Below, piece after piece: positions 53,919 to 63,394 of a stretch of DNA of 64,000 nt. Numbering within the stretch: position 1 is the first letter of the stretch; each line of letters begins with the position of its first letter. The notes under the pieces were generated by a model, which saw only the letters and a list, made by a program, of their open reading frames with translations, was not told where the DNA came from and searched no databases. The position numbers were made by a program, and so were the translations under genes. The stretch comes from a virus: IMG/VR virus record IMGVR_UViG_3300045741_000389, positions 4,802 to 68,801 of that record, one strand, 5' to 3'.

Positions 53919-54110
53919 ATGGCGGACTCGAAACTGATCCCTCAACACAAGCGTCTGGCCTCGGGAGCCGGCCCGGCCGGTCTCGGGTTTAAGAAGGGTG
54001 GCTCCGTCAAGGCGCCGCCGTCCAAGCCCACCCCGGGTGCAGTCAATCCGCTGCTGGGCTCGAAGATGAGCAACGGCATTCCCGGTATGAAGAAGGGTGG
54101 CAAGTGCTGA
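53919..54110 (+). CDS. Small basic protein with two KKGG motifs
   Basis: AGGAG RBS; FKKGGSV and MKKGGKC. Confidence 0.75.
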   Translation: MADSKLIPQHKRLASGAGPAGLGFKKGGSVKAPPSKPTPGAVNPLLGSKMSNGIPGMKKGGKC

Positions 54111-54283
54111 GAAGCGTAGCCGCCGTCCAGCGAGTTGTCGAAGAGCAGCTCGAGCAGCTCAGAGTCAGTGTGTTCGAGCAACCCCCGAGTGACTGGGCTG
54201 GCTTTCAGAATCTTCTGGGCCGATACCAGGCACTTTCCAACCTCCGTGCGGAGGTGATCAATGAAGAGGAAACGGAACCATGA
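54104..54283 (+). CDS. Small helical protein (59 aa, below ORF-track cutoff)
   Basis: VLRSVAAVQRVVEEQLEQLRVSVFEQPPSDWAGFQNLLGRYQAL..; overlaps both neighbours. Confidence 0.6.
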   Translation: MLRSVAAVQRVVEEQLEQLRVSVFEQPPSDWAGFQNLLGRYQALSNLRAEVINEEETEP

Positions 54284-54465
54284 AGTTCAACGTGAAATTC
54301 CCCGATGGGCACGAAGAGCTGTGCGCACACAGCGCCGGCTCGCCCGAGCAGCTCGCCTCCTCCGGTTTCGGGCGCAAGCTCGACGAGATGGAAGCCGAGG
54401 GCTTCGAGATCAAGGTGGCCGAAGAGCTGGCCGCCGAAGCCAGCAGCGACAGCTCGCAGAGCTGA
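54280..54465 (+). CDS. Small acidic protein
   Basis: GAGG RBS, ATGA overlap. Confidence 0.6.
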   Translation: MKFNVKFPDGHEELCAHSAGSPEQLASSGFGRKLDEMEAEGFEIKVAEELAAEASSDSSQS

Positions 54466-54543
54466 TCGAGGCGCTCCAACAAGGTTGTTGGCCTGTGCGA
54501 AGCGAGCAGGTTCTCTCGCTTCTTTGAAATAAGGGGTTGCCGA

Positions 54544-54975
54544 ATGGCATCCGACAGCTATCTGACAGGGTTCGTTCAGCTTTCGATGGAAGCCGCGTTC
54601 CCGCCCGCTCCCGTGCCGGTGGAGCCCTTCGGAGGCCGCGTCGTCGTTCAGGTGATGCGTCTCAGCGGCAAGACCGCCGGTGGCATCCAGTTGGTCTCCG
54701 ACACGCGTGACACCGTCAAGTGGAATCTGCAGGTCGCCAAACTGGTGGCTGTGGGGCCGCTGGCGTTCAAGAACCGCGAAACGGCACAACCCTGGCCCGA
54801 AGGAGTCTGGGCGAAGGTGGGGGACTTCGTTCGCATCCCGCGCTGGGATGGCGACCGGGTCGAGGTGAAGGTCAAGGACAGCGACGAGCCGATCATCTTC
54901 ATCACGATGAACGACTCTCAGCTCCTGGGTCGTGTCCTCGGCGACCCACGCGAACAGCTGATCTACGAGCTTTGA
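54544..54975 (+). CDS. GroES-like co-chaperonin
   Basis: PFGGRVVVQ..KTAGGIQL..KLVAVGP..KVGDFV..MND..LLG. Confidence 0.85.
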   Translation: MASDSYLTGFVQLSMEAAFPPAPVPVEPFGGRVVVQVMRLSGKTAGGIQLVSDTRDTVKWNLQVAKLVAVGPLAFKNRETAQPWPEGVWAKVGDFVRIPRWDGDRVEVKVKDSDEPIIFITMNDSQLLGRVLGDPREQLIYEL

Positions 54976-54987
54976 AAGGAAGCTGCA

Positions 54988-56034
54988 ATGGCCAACAATG
55001 AAGACCGCCCGCTGACCATCGAAGAGCTGCAAGACGGCTCTGTGACGGTCGTCGACCCGCTGGAGCCCCAGGCGCCGAACACCCAAGGTGGTGGCGACCT
55101 GGCGGACCATGCGGACGACAGCGAACTGGATGCCCCCGCCGCGCCCGGCGGTGCGGAGCACCCCGAAGACGCCGCTGCGCTGGCCGGCGCGACCTCGGAC
55201 GCCGAGCGCGAAGCCATCCGCGAGCGCCGCCGGCAGGAACGCCGAGACAAGAAGGAAGCGGCGAAGCAGCGCGAGCAGTGGTTCAAGGATCAGCTGTCGC
55301 AGCGCGATCGCCTGATCCAGGAGATGAGTGAACGGCTGCGCGGCGTGGAAGATCGCACCATTCAGGCCGATCTGGTACAGCTCGACACCGCTATCCAGCG
55401 GGCGGACGGCGCACACCAGTACTACAAGAACATGGTGGCCGAAGCTACCAAGAAGCAAGACGGCAACGCTGTCGCCGAAGCGACCGAGGGCATGCTCCGC
55501 GCACGTGGGGAAGCCGAGCGGCTCAAGGCGGTGAAGCAGCAGGTGTCGGTGGCCGGCGCCCCGAAAGCGGCCACGGCTCCGCCGGACCCTGTCGTCGTCA
55601 GCAACGCGCAGGCCTGGGCCAATCGGAACAGCTGGTACGTGCACAACGGCGCGGACATGGACTCGCGCATCGCGCTGGCCATCGACCAGGACTTGGCTCG
55701 TACGCACGATCCGAGGCTGCCCAGCTACTGGGAGGAGTTCGACAAGCGTGTGGCGCAGTACCTGCCCCACCGCGCCCAGAAGAGCTATACTCCCGGCAGC
55801 CCCTCCGGTGAGCCGTCTACGACTGGTCGCTCGCCCGTAGCAGGAGGAGGCCGCAGTGCCGCAGGAGCTGGTGGAAGCTCCGCAGCAGGCAAAAGCGGCA
55901 ACTCCTACACGCTATCGGCTGAGCGCGTCAAGGCTCTGAAGGACGCTGGCATCTGGGATGACCCAGTGGCTCGCGCCGATGCGATCCGCCGTTACCGCGA
56001 CTACGACCGCCAACAGACGAGCGCTCGCTCGTAA
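54988..56034 (+). CDS. Capsid scaffolding protein
   Basis: Acidic N-terminus, long coiled coil, WANRNSWY, C-terminal LSAERVKALKDAG.W; upstream of the capsid genes. Confidence 0.7.
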   Translation: MANNEDRPLTIEELQDGSVTVVDPLEPQAPNTQGGGDLADHADDSELDAPAAPGGAEHPEDAAALAGATSDAEREAIRERRRQERRDKKEAAKQREQWFKDQLSQRDRLIQEMSERLRGVEDRTIQADLVQLDTAIQRADGAHQYYKNMVAEATKKQDGNAVAEATEGMLRARGEAERLKAVKQQVSVAGAPKAATAPPDPVVVSNAQAWANRNSWYVHNGADMDSRIALAIDQDLARTHDPRLPSYWEEFDKRVAQYLPHRAQKSYTPGSPSGEPSTTGRSPVAGGGRSAAGAGGSSAAGKSGNSYTLSAERVKALKDAGIWDDPVARADAIRRYRDYDRQQTSARS

Positions 56035-56049
56035 CCCGGAGACGAAGCA

Positions 56050-56634
56050 ATGGCAACCAAGAAGACCCCCGGTGACGCGCGTCTGCGCGAAGACCTGGTT
56101 CGTGGCGACCGTGCTGGCCGTGCTCCGCGTGGTGAAGTCGAAAATGCGGAGCGTGAAGTATCGGAGCTGATGTCGGACGCCGAGCTGCGTGCGTCCATTC
56201 GCAGCGAGTTCACGCAAGAAGCCCTCCCGGCCATCAAGGCTCCTCCCGGCTGGCACTACTGCTGGTTGATCAACGGTTCTTCGTACGACCCGATTCAGAA
56301 GCGCATGCGCATCGGCTACCAGCCGGTCACGTACAGCGAGTTGGTCGACATGGGCTACAAGAACTTCGACCAGTACAAGGTCACCGGAGGCGACTTCGAC
56401 GGCATGGTGTCCTGCAACGAGATGCTCCTGTTCAAGATCACGCAGGAGCGCTACCAGGTCATCATGAGCGAGTTCCACCACTACATGCCTCTCGAAGAAG
56501 AGAAGGCGATTCGCGAGCGTGTGGAATCTGCGGCAGTCGAAGACCGCACGGGGAAGAAACTGCTCACTATCGACAAGGAAGACGAAGGCCTCAAGGACCT
56601 CGGCAAAGAGCCGGCGCTGAGCCCGTTCGTCTGA
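56050..56634 (+). CDS. Conserved head-module protein
   Basis: LP..PGWHYCW..R..GY.PV..MLLFKI. Confidence 0.65.
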   Translation: MATKKTPGDARLREDLVRGDRAGRAPRGEVENAEREVSELMSDAELRASIRSEFTQEALPAIKAPPGWHYCWLINGSSYDPIQKRMRIGYQPVTYSELVDMGYKNFDQYKVTGGDFDGMVSCNEMLLFKITQERYQVIMSEFHHYMPLEEEKAIRERVESAAVEDRTGKKLLTIDKEDEGLKDLGKEPALSPFV

Positions 56635-56662
56635 CGATCAGCAACCATTCGGAGAACCACAG

Positions 56663-57226
56663 ATGAGCGCCTCTTCGGCACCCTTCGGTTTCCGACCCGC
56701 CTACTTCCCCACCGGTCTGGACCGGGCCAAGAAGTACGCCGTCGCGTCCGCCTACAACACCGCGATGTACAAGGGTCAACCCGTCATCCTCAACACCAAC
56801 GGCACCGTCACGGTAGGCACGGCAGCAGCCGACCTGCTGGGCATCGCAGCCGGCTTCGAGTACATCGACACCCAAGGCAAGCCCTGGGTGAGCACCTTCT
56901 GGCCCGCCAGCCAGGCCGCACTGTCTGGCACCGTGCCGATCGCCTGGGTCTACGACGACCCTGGCATCGTCTACGAGGTGCAGTCCGATGGCAGCATCGC
57001 GCAGACCGCCGTGGGTGACCAGGCTGACGTCAGCAACGTGGGCAACAACTCGAACGGCCTCTCCACCTGCACGCTCAGCGCGACGCTGGCCGGTGCCGGT
57101 GTGCAGGCGCAGTTCCGCATCGTCGGCTTCAACCAGAACGTCGACAACGCCCCCGGCGACGCCTTCACCATCGTTCAGGTGCAGCTGGCCCGCAGCCAGT
57201 TCATCTCGAACAAGGTCGCCATCTAA
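56663..57226 (+). CDS. Capsid decoration/cement protein
   Basis: APFGFRPA, V.DDP..YEVQ; immediately upstream of the MCP. Confidence 0.7.
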   Translation: MSASSAPFGFRPAYFPTGLDRAKKYAVASAYNTAMYKGQPVILNTNGTVTVGTAAADLLGIAAGFEYIDTQGKPWVSTFWPASQAALSGTVPIAWVYDDPGIVYEVQSDGSIAQTAVGDQADVSNVGNNSNGLSTCTLSATLAGAGVQAQFRIVGFNQNVDNAPGDAFTIVQVQLARSQFISNKVAI

Positions 57227-57241
57227 GGGAGCAACAGCATC

Positions 57242-58267
57242 ATGAAGATCTTCACCTCCCTCTTCGCAGCCCTCGCGCTGGTGTTCACCGGCCTGGGCAA
57301 CCGCCTCCACGCAGCCCTCCTCGGCTACCTGCACAGCGCCGGTCTGGTGCTGGGCGCTGCGCCCATGCGCTCGACCGACTTCCGTGCCATCGTCGAACCG
57401 ATCCTGAACAAGGCGTTCGACGGCGTGTACGACCAGCGCAAGGATGAGTACAAGCAGGTGTTCGCGGAAGAGACCGGCATTGCGCGGTCCTACCAAGAAG
57501 AGCCTGTGCTGTACGGCTTCCCGGCGGCGCCCGAGCTGCCGGACGGCATGCCGGTTACGTACCAACAAGGTGGCGTGCTCTACCAGAAGCGCTACCTCTA
57601 CAAGGTGTACGGCCTGGCCTTCGCGCTCACCAAGGTGCTCGTGGAAGACGGCGACGCGGTGCGCATCGGCAATACCTACTCGAAGCACCTCGCGCAGTCG
57701 ATGATCGAGACGCTCGAGACGGTGACCGCCAACGTGCTGAACCGCGCCTTCAACGCCAGCTACCTCGGCGGCGACGGCGTGAGTCTGACGAACGCCAGCC
57801 ACCCGATCGTCGGCGGCACGTTCAGCAACATCCTGGCCACCCCGGCTGCGCTGTCGCAGACCTCGCTGGAGCAGATGCTGATCCAGATCCGCCAAGCGGT
57901 GGACAACAACGGCAAGAAGATCCGGCTGTCGCCCAAGAAGCTGATCATCGCGCCGGGCAACGTGTTCCAAGCCGAGGTGCTGCTGAAGAGCGTGCTGCGC
58001 GCCGGCACCAACAACAACGACATCAACCCCGTCAAGTCGATGGGCGCGCTGTCGAACGACCCGGCCACGCTGAGCCGCCTGACGTCCGCCACGGCGTGGT
58101 GGATCCAGACCGACGCGCAGAACGGCCTGAAGGTGCTGTGGCGCCGCCGCATCGACGGCGGCATGGAAGGCGACTTCGAGACCGACTCGATGCGGTACAA
58201 GAAGACGGCCCGCTGGGCTGAAGGCTGGACCGATCCCCGCTGCGCCTACGGCACGCAGGGCGCCTGA
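57242..58267 (+). CDS. Major capsid protein (HK97 fold, Mu gpT-like family)
   Basis: YGLAFALT..VEDG, GGDGVSL..SHP, PKKLII.P, NNDINP, AWWIQTD, GWTDPR..YG. Confidence 0.88.
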   Translation: MKIFTSLFAALALVFTGLGNRLHAALLGYLHSAGLVLGAAPMRSTDFRAIVEPILNKAFDGVYDQRKDEYKQVFAEETGIARSYQEEPVLYGFPAAPELPDGMPVTYQQGGVLYQKRYLYKVYGLAFALTKVLVEDGDAVRIGNTYSKHLAQSMIETLETVTANVLNRAFNASYLGGDGVSLTNASHPIVGGTFSNILATPAALSQTSLEQMLIQIRQAVDNNGKKIRLSPKKLIIAPGNVFQAEVLLKSVLRAGTNNNDINPVKSMGALSNDPATLSRLTSATAWWIQTDAQNGLKVLWRRRIDGGMEGDFETDSMRYKKTARWAEGWTDPRCAYGTQGA

Positions 58268-58283
58268 ACGACCGACCGACGAC

Positions 58284-58315
58284 AGGCGCTCCTCAGCTCC
58301 GGCCGGGGAGCGCCT
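58284..58315 (+). terminator. GC-rich hairpin after MCP (terminator or stabiliser)
   Basis: aggcgctcc/ggagcgcct stem; no U tract follows. Confidence 0.4.
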
Positions 58316-58336
58316 AGTCACATCAGGAGCTACTAC

Positions 58337-59071
58337 ATGCGAATCTCAGACGACCTCTTCATGGGCAACGCCTACGGGCCCAACCCGCCCGACGCGAACC
58401 CTGCGCCGATGGAGGCGGGGGTTGGCCCGATGGGCCGCGTCTACGTCTACGACATCGTTCCGCTGACTCTGCAGGCCGCTGGCCTGGCCAGTTCGCAGAA
58501 CCCAGGCTCGGGTGGCAGCTTCACGCTGACGGCCGGTACGGGCGTCACGGCGGTGGTCGATGCGTTCGGTACCACGCGCTACGTGCTCGACGTACCGCGC
58601 TGTGTAACCATCACGGCAGCCGGCGCCAACACGGCTCAGTACAAGGTCACCGGCTACGACGCCTACGGCCAACTGATGACGCAGGACCTCGCGGCACCGA
58701 GCACCAGCACGGTGGCCACGACCAAGGCGTTCAAGTCCATCATCAGCGTCACCAACCGCAACGCGACGGCCGGCACCAACGGCCTGACCGTCGGCTTCAA
58801 CGACAAGCTGGGGCTCCCGGTGCGCGTCACCAACGCCGGCTACATCGTCAAGGTGGCCTGGAACAGTGCGCTGGCGCAAGACGCGGGCACTTTCGTTGCT
58901 GCCGACACGACCGACCCCGCCACTGCGTCCACGACCGATGTGCGCGGCTGCTACACGCCGTCGAGCGCGGCGGACGGCACCAAGCGCCTGGTCATGGCCA
59001 TCGCGCTCCCGGGCGCGGCCGTCGGGCCGCAGTCGACCCGGGCAGGGGCCTTCGGCGTCACGCAGGCGTAG
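58337..59071 (+). CDS. Virion structural protein
   Basis: AGGAG RBS; Thr/Ala-rich beta protein following the MCP. Confidence 0.7.
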   Translation: MRISDDLFMGNAYGPNPPDANPAPMEAGVGPMGRVYVYDIVPLTLQAAGLASSQNPGSGGSFTLTAGTGVTAVVDAFGTTRYVLDVPRCVTITAAGANTAQYKVTGYDAYGQLMTQDLAAPSTSTVATTKAFKSIISVTNRNATAGTNGLTVGFNDKLGLPVRVTNAGYIVKVAWNSALAQDAGTFVAADTTDPATASTTDVRGCYTPSSAADGTKRLVMAIALPGAAVGPQSTRAGAFGVTQA

Positions 59072-59077
59072 CGCGCC

Positions 59078-59392
59078 ATGCGTACCGCGCAGGTCGCTGT
59101 CACGGGGGTGGCCGCCTCGGCGTGGTTGCCGCTGGATCCGTACACCGACGCCTTCCCTGACGGCTTGTTCGTCAAGGTCGGCGCCGGCTGTACGCTGACG
59201 CTCCAGGGTACTGCCGACGATGTGTTCGACCCTACCGTCACGCCCGTGGCATTCAACTTCGGGGCGCCCTTCTCAGCTATCGCTGCCAATGCAGCCGGCC
59301 AGCTGCCGTTCGCCTGCAAGGCGGTGCGGATCAACCAGACGGCTGGCGCCGCGCAGAGCACGCTGCAAGTGGTGACCAAGGGTCTGCAGTAG
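59078..59392 (+). CDS. Virion structural protein
   Basis: 104 aa beta-rich protein in the head-tail block. Confidence 0.65.
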   Translation: MRTAQVAVTGVAASAWLPLDPYTDAFPDGLFVKVGAGCTLTLQGTADDVFDPTVTPVAFNFGAPFSAIAANAAGQLPFACKAVRINQTAGAAQSTLQVVTKGLQ

Positions 59393-59395
59393 GTC

Positions 59396-60421
59396 ATGAC
59401 GACCTCGGGCGTCATCGGGGTCACTTCGCTCGACACGGCTCAGATCATCGAGCTGGCCGTGGCCGAGTGCGGCGGCCCCGCTCTCGTTGCTTCGCTGACG
59501 GGCGAGACGGTCAATCGCGCCCGGCAGAAGCTCTTTTTGCTGCTGGTGGCACTCACCAACCGGGGGTTAAACCTCTGGTGCCAGAAGAAGTACGTCAAGC
59601 CCATTGTCGCAGGCTACGACAAGGTCAGCCTCGAGCCCGAGGTGGTAGACCTGCTGAACGCCTCGGCGCGTCAGGCCACCTACACCGCCGCCACCTCGAT
59701 CGACGGTGCCAACAACGCAGCGATCTACGACGCCGGCACCGCCACAGTGGTGGCCGGAGCCAGCGCGGTGGTAGCGTACAGCGACGACTACGTGGTCGAC
59801 CTGTACAGCTCGCCGGACAGCTTCGTCTGGACCAAGGTAGGCTCAGCTCAGTTCAGCAAGGTGGTGCCCAGCGCGGACAGCAAGTACCTGGGCGTCGATG
59901 CCGATCAGCGCGTGAGCGCTCGGTACTGGAAGGTGGTTGCCACCCCCAGCGCCCCTGCGTTGCTGAACAGCATCACGAGCGCCGTTTTTGCGTACAACTG
60001 GAGCGACCTGCCGATGAGCAGGTTCAACCGGGACACCTACGCCTCGCAGCCGCAGAAGTTGTCGCAGACGCAGAACATTACGCTGCAGTACTTCTTCGAC
60101 AAGCAGACGCCACGCCCGGTGCTCTGGCTTTGGCCCACCACCGCCACCGACGGCCTTCAGTTGATTCTGTGGGTGCAGCGACAGATTCAAGATGTCGGCG
60201 ACCTGACGAACACGCTGGACATACCTTCGCGCTGGTTGAACGCGATCATCTATTCGTTGGCTCGCGACATCTACCTCGGGCTGCCGGCCGCCGTGAAATC
60301 CCCCAACCTCTTCGACACTCTGAAGACTCAGGCCGAGTACTGGATGGGGCAGGCGGAAGCGGCGGAGACCGACGGTTCGGCTACGCGGTTCGTCTTCAGT
60401 CTTCGGCCTTATACGAGGTAA
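59396..60421 (+). CDS. Head-tail adaptor-like protein
   Basis: NRGLNLW, R.NRD.Y..P.K, LWLWP, IQDVG..LDIP.RW..AI..LA. Confidence 0.65.
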   Translation: MTTSGVIGVTSLDTAQIIELAVAECGGPALVASLTGETVNRARQKLFLLLVALTNRGLNLWCQKKYVKPIVAGYDKVSLEPEVVDLLNASARQATYTAATSIDGANNAAIYDAGTATVVAGASAVVAYSDDYVVDLYSSPDSFVWTKVGSAQFSKVVPSADSKYLGVDADQRVSARYWKVVATPSAPALLNSITSAVFAYNWSDLPMSRFNRDTYASQPQKLSQTQNITLQYFFDKQTPRPVLWLWPTTATDGLQLILWVQRQIQDVGDLTNTLDIPSRWLNAIIYSLARDIYLGLPAAVKSPNLFDTLKTQAEYWMGQAEAAETDGSATRFVFSLRPYTR

Positions 60422-60426
60422 GCAGC

Positions 60427-60654
60427 ATGCCTCGATATCTCGACACTCGAGGCAAGTCGGTTCTCTCGGTTGCCATCTGCGATCGCTGCCGACTGAAACT
60501 ACCGTACACAGATCTGGCGCCGGACGGCAACTCACCTGGGTTGCGCGTCTGTAAAGAGTGCAACGATCAGTACGATCCGTGGCGGCTCCCGGCGCGGCGC
60601 ACCGAGGACATCACGCTTCCCAACCCGCGCCCTGACGAGCCTCTGACCTCATGA
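60427..60654 (+). CDS. Small zinc-binding protein
   Basis: AICDRC..GLRVCKEC.D..DP..PRPD. Confidence 0.72.
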   Translation: MPRYLDTRGKSVLSVAICDRCRLKLPYTDLAPDGNSPGLRVCKECNDQYDPWRLPARRTEDITLPNPRPDEPLTS

Positions 60655-63020
60655 GCTACACCGACCCCTTCGGCGGCAGCACGGTTCAGCCCGCGCAGGT
60701 CGCTTATCGCGCTGTCACACTGACGGCCGACGTCAGCTTGTCCTGGCCCGACACGGCGATCGACGCCAACTACGTGGCACGCATCATGGCGGTCACCGCC
60801 TCGAGTGGCGGTCTCAGCATGTTGATGCCGGACGCGCGGGGTGTGTCGCCCGGCTACGACGTCATTTTCACCAACCCTGGAGCCAACACCTACACGGTGA
60901 AGGACAATGCGGGCGGCGTTATCTGCACCGTACCGTCCGGCGTCAGCCAATACGTCTACGTCACCGTCAACACGACCGCTGCCGGTGTCTGGGCCACGCT
61001 GCAATTCGGCTCGCTGACCAGTGCAGTCACGGCAGCCTCCCTCATCGGCCCCGGCATCGGCGCCAGTGGCAGCACGCTATACGGCAAGCTCGCAGTGGCC
61101 AGCGTCTCGGTTTCATTCACCTCGACGGTGGTCGACCGCGCCAAGCTCTTCATCTGGACCGGTGGAGTGGGGGCGCTGACGCTGCCCCTGAGCGTGACGG
61201 CCGGCAGCGACTACTTCTTCGCCGTGGCCAACCAGGGCAGCGGCTCGATCACTATCACCTGCGCCGGTGCCGACACACTTGACGGCGCCGCCACCTTGGT
61301 GCTGGGCATTGGCGAGAGCTGTTACCTCGCGGCTGACGGCGGTACCAAGTGGGTGTCGGTGGGGCGCGGTCGCACTTCGGCGTTCAACTTCACCCAGCTG
61401 GCCAAGGTCATCAGCACCGGCACCGTCACGCTGACCCTCGCTGAGGCCCAGAACGTCGTGCAGAAGTACACGGGCGTCCTGGTCGGCAATGTGAACGTCG
61501 TGCTGCCATCGACCGTCCAGGTCTACTACGTCAGCAACCAGACCTCCGGCGCGTTCAACGTCACCTTCAAGACGGCCGGCGTCGGCACTTCCGTGGTCGT
61601 TCCCACCGGACAGAACGCGGTGCTCTTCTGCGACGGTACCAACGTGCTGAATGCCAGCACGACGGTCTCGGGGATCAGCGCGCTGACCATGTCACCGGGC
61701 TCGGTCTCGGTGCCGTCGATCAACTTCACAACCGGCGCCTCCACCGGCATCTACTCCTCGGCCAGTGACGTCTTCGATATCGCCACGGCTGGCGTCAACC
61801 GGATCCGCGTCGACGCCAGCGGCAATGTCGGCATCGGCGGGGTGCCTGCCTCCAAGCTGCAGATCGGCTCCGGAGTCACCAACGAAAAGATCGTGGTCAA
61901 GGGTACCGTGGCCGATGCTGAATTCGGCAACGACGGTACCGGCGTACGGTATGGTACCACCAACGCAGCGCCGGTCTACCTGGTCACCAACGGCGCGGAG
62001 CGGATGCGGGTCGATTCCAGCGGCAACGTCGGCATTGCCACCACCAATCCGCTGAGCAAGCTGCAGATCGGCACTGGCGTTGCAGACAACAAGATGGTGA
62101 TCAAGGGGACGGTGACGGACGCCGAGTTCGGCAACGACGCCACCGGGGTGAGAGTGGGAACCCCCAACAACGGCCCGGTCTACTTCATCACCAACAGCTC
62201 GGAACGTCTGCGAATCGATGCGGCGGGCCGGCTGCTGCTCGGCCGTACAGTGGACTCTGGGCTGGGCTTCTTTCAGGTCAACGATTCGGTCGGCAGCATC
62301 GCTGACCTGGCTTCCAGTTTCGCTGGTACTTCCATTGCCCGCGTGCGTAACTCTGGCGCTCAAACCACGGGCATCGCGGTTCAGAACTCAGCAACCGGCA
62401 CAACCAACACCGACGGGACGCGGCTGCTGATTGACTCGTCCGGCAATGGTTTTCTGTCCCAGGCCGAGGCGGCGGCGCTCATCTTCGAGACCTCTGCCAC
62501 CGAGCGGGTCCGTATCGACGCCAACGGGCTGGTGGGGATCGGGCTCATTCCCAGCGCCGGTCAGGGCCTGCTGCAGCTCCTCGGCTCAGCCTCGGGCGGC
62601 ATCAAGCTCGGCAACACGAACAACGCGACGGCGACGGTGCTGGACTGGTACGAGGAGGGCACGTTCACTCCTACGGCGGGGGTCACTGGCGCGACGTACT
62701 CGGTGCAGAACGGCATATTCACCCGCATCGGCAACAAGGTGAAGTTCGTCATCGAACTCACTTGGACCGGTGGAACCAACGGCGCCACGGTTGCCCCTGC
62801 GAGTCTCCCTTACACTCCAAAATCCAACATTCAAATGCTGGTGGTTGGCGCCAACCAGTCCAATTCGTCGTTTACCTGGACCGGCACCCTGGTGGCTTGG
62901 CTGAACGGCGGCACCACAATCAACGTAGCAGCCTCTGCGTCTGGCGGCACCTGGTTCAGCCTGCTCAACCCCAACGCTGGTACGAAAGACCTCTACATCA
63001 GCGGGGAGTACCTGGTATGA
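60651..63020 (+). CDS. Tail fibre protein
   Basis: Repeated ERMR(I/V)DSSGNVGI modules, a tandemly duplicated ~65-aa unit (about 61790-62230), C-terminal LD.YEEGTFTP..TRIGN.V. Confidence 0.85.
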   Translation: MSYTDPFGGSTVQPAQVAYRAVTLTADVSLSWPDTAIDANYVARIMAVTASSGGLSMLMPDARGVSPGYDVIFTNPGANTYTVKDNAGGVICTVPSGVSQYVYVTVNTTAAGVWATLQFGSLTSAVTAASLIGPGIGASGSTLYGKLAVASVSVSFTSTVVDRAKLFIWTGGVGALTLPLSVTAGSDYFFAVANQGSGSITITCAGADTLDGAATLVLGIGESCYLAADGGTKWVSVGRGRTSAFNFTQLAKVISTGTVTLTLAEAQNVVQKYTGVLVGNVNVVLPSTVQVYYVSNQTSGAFNVTFKTAGVGTSVVVPTGQNAVLFCDGTNVLNASTTVSGISALTMSPGSVSVPSINFTTGASTGIYSSASDVFDIATAGVNRIRVDASGNVGIGGVPASKLQIGSGVTNEKIVVKGTVADAEFGNDGTGVRYGTTNAAPVYLVTNGAERMRVDSSGNVGIATTNPLSKLQIGTGVADNKMVIKGTVTDAEFGNDATGVRVGTPNNGPVYFITNSSERLRIDAAGRLLLGRTVDSGLGFFQVNDSVGSIADLASSFAGTSIARVRNSGAQTTGIAVQNSATGTTNTDGTRLLIDSSGNGFLSQAEAAALIFETSATERVRIDANGLVGIGLIPSAGQGLLQLLGSASGGIKLGNTNNATATVLDWYEEGTFTPTAGVTGATYSVQNGIFTRIGNKVKFVIELTWTGGTNGATVAPASLPYTPKSNIQMLVVGANQSNSSFTWTGTLVAWLNGGTTINVAASASGGTWFSLLNPNAGTKDLYISGEYLV

Positions 63021-63394
63021 AATGGTACCTGATCGCGCTGCTGGCGCTGCTACCTACGCTAGCCTGCGGCGAGGAGCTGGGCAACATGCCGCCCGACAAC
63101 TGGGGCGGCCGCCACGCGCATCTGGGTTACTCCGCCATCATGGGGTTGACCTTCCCCGAGCTGCTTCAGAGCCGCACTTGGGGTGGGGTGGCCTGCGGCG
63201 GCATCGGCGTGTGGAAAGAGTGGAAAGACTACCGCAAGCAGACGCCCGGCTACCGTCATGGTTTGTTCAGTCGCAACGACCTCAAGATGGACGCACTGGG
63301 CTGCGGCCTAGGACTGCTGGGTAACACCGGCATGCACGTGGTCTTCGGCCCGGCGGGCGGGGCGCGTCTGGGTTATAGCTGGGAGTTGAAGTGA
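63017..63394 (+). CDS. YfiM-like exported/membrane protein
   Basis: Signal peptide with LAC; H..S..G..KEW.D..FS.NDL.MD..G pattern. Confidence 0.5.
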   Translation: MKWYLIALLALLPTLACGEELGNMPPDNWGGRHAHLGYSAIMGLTFPELLQSRTWGGVACGGIGVWKEWKDYRKQTPGYRHGLFSRNDLKMDALGCGLGLLGNTGMHVVFGPAGGARLGYSWELK

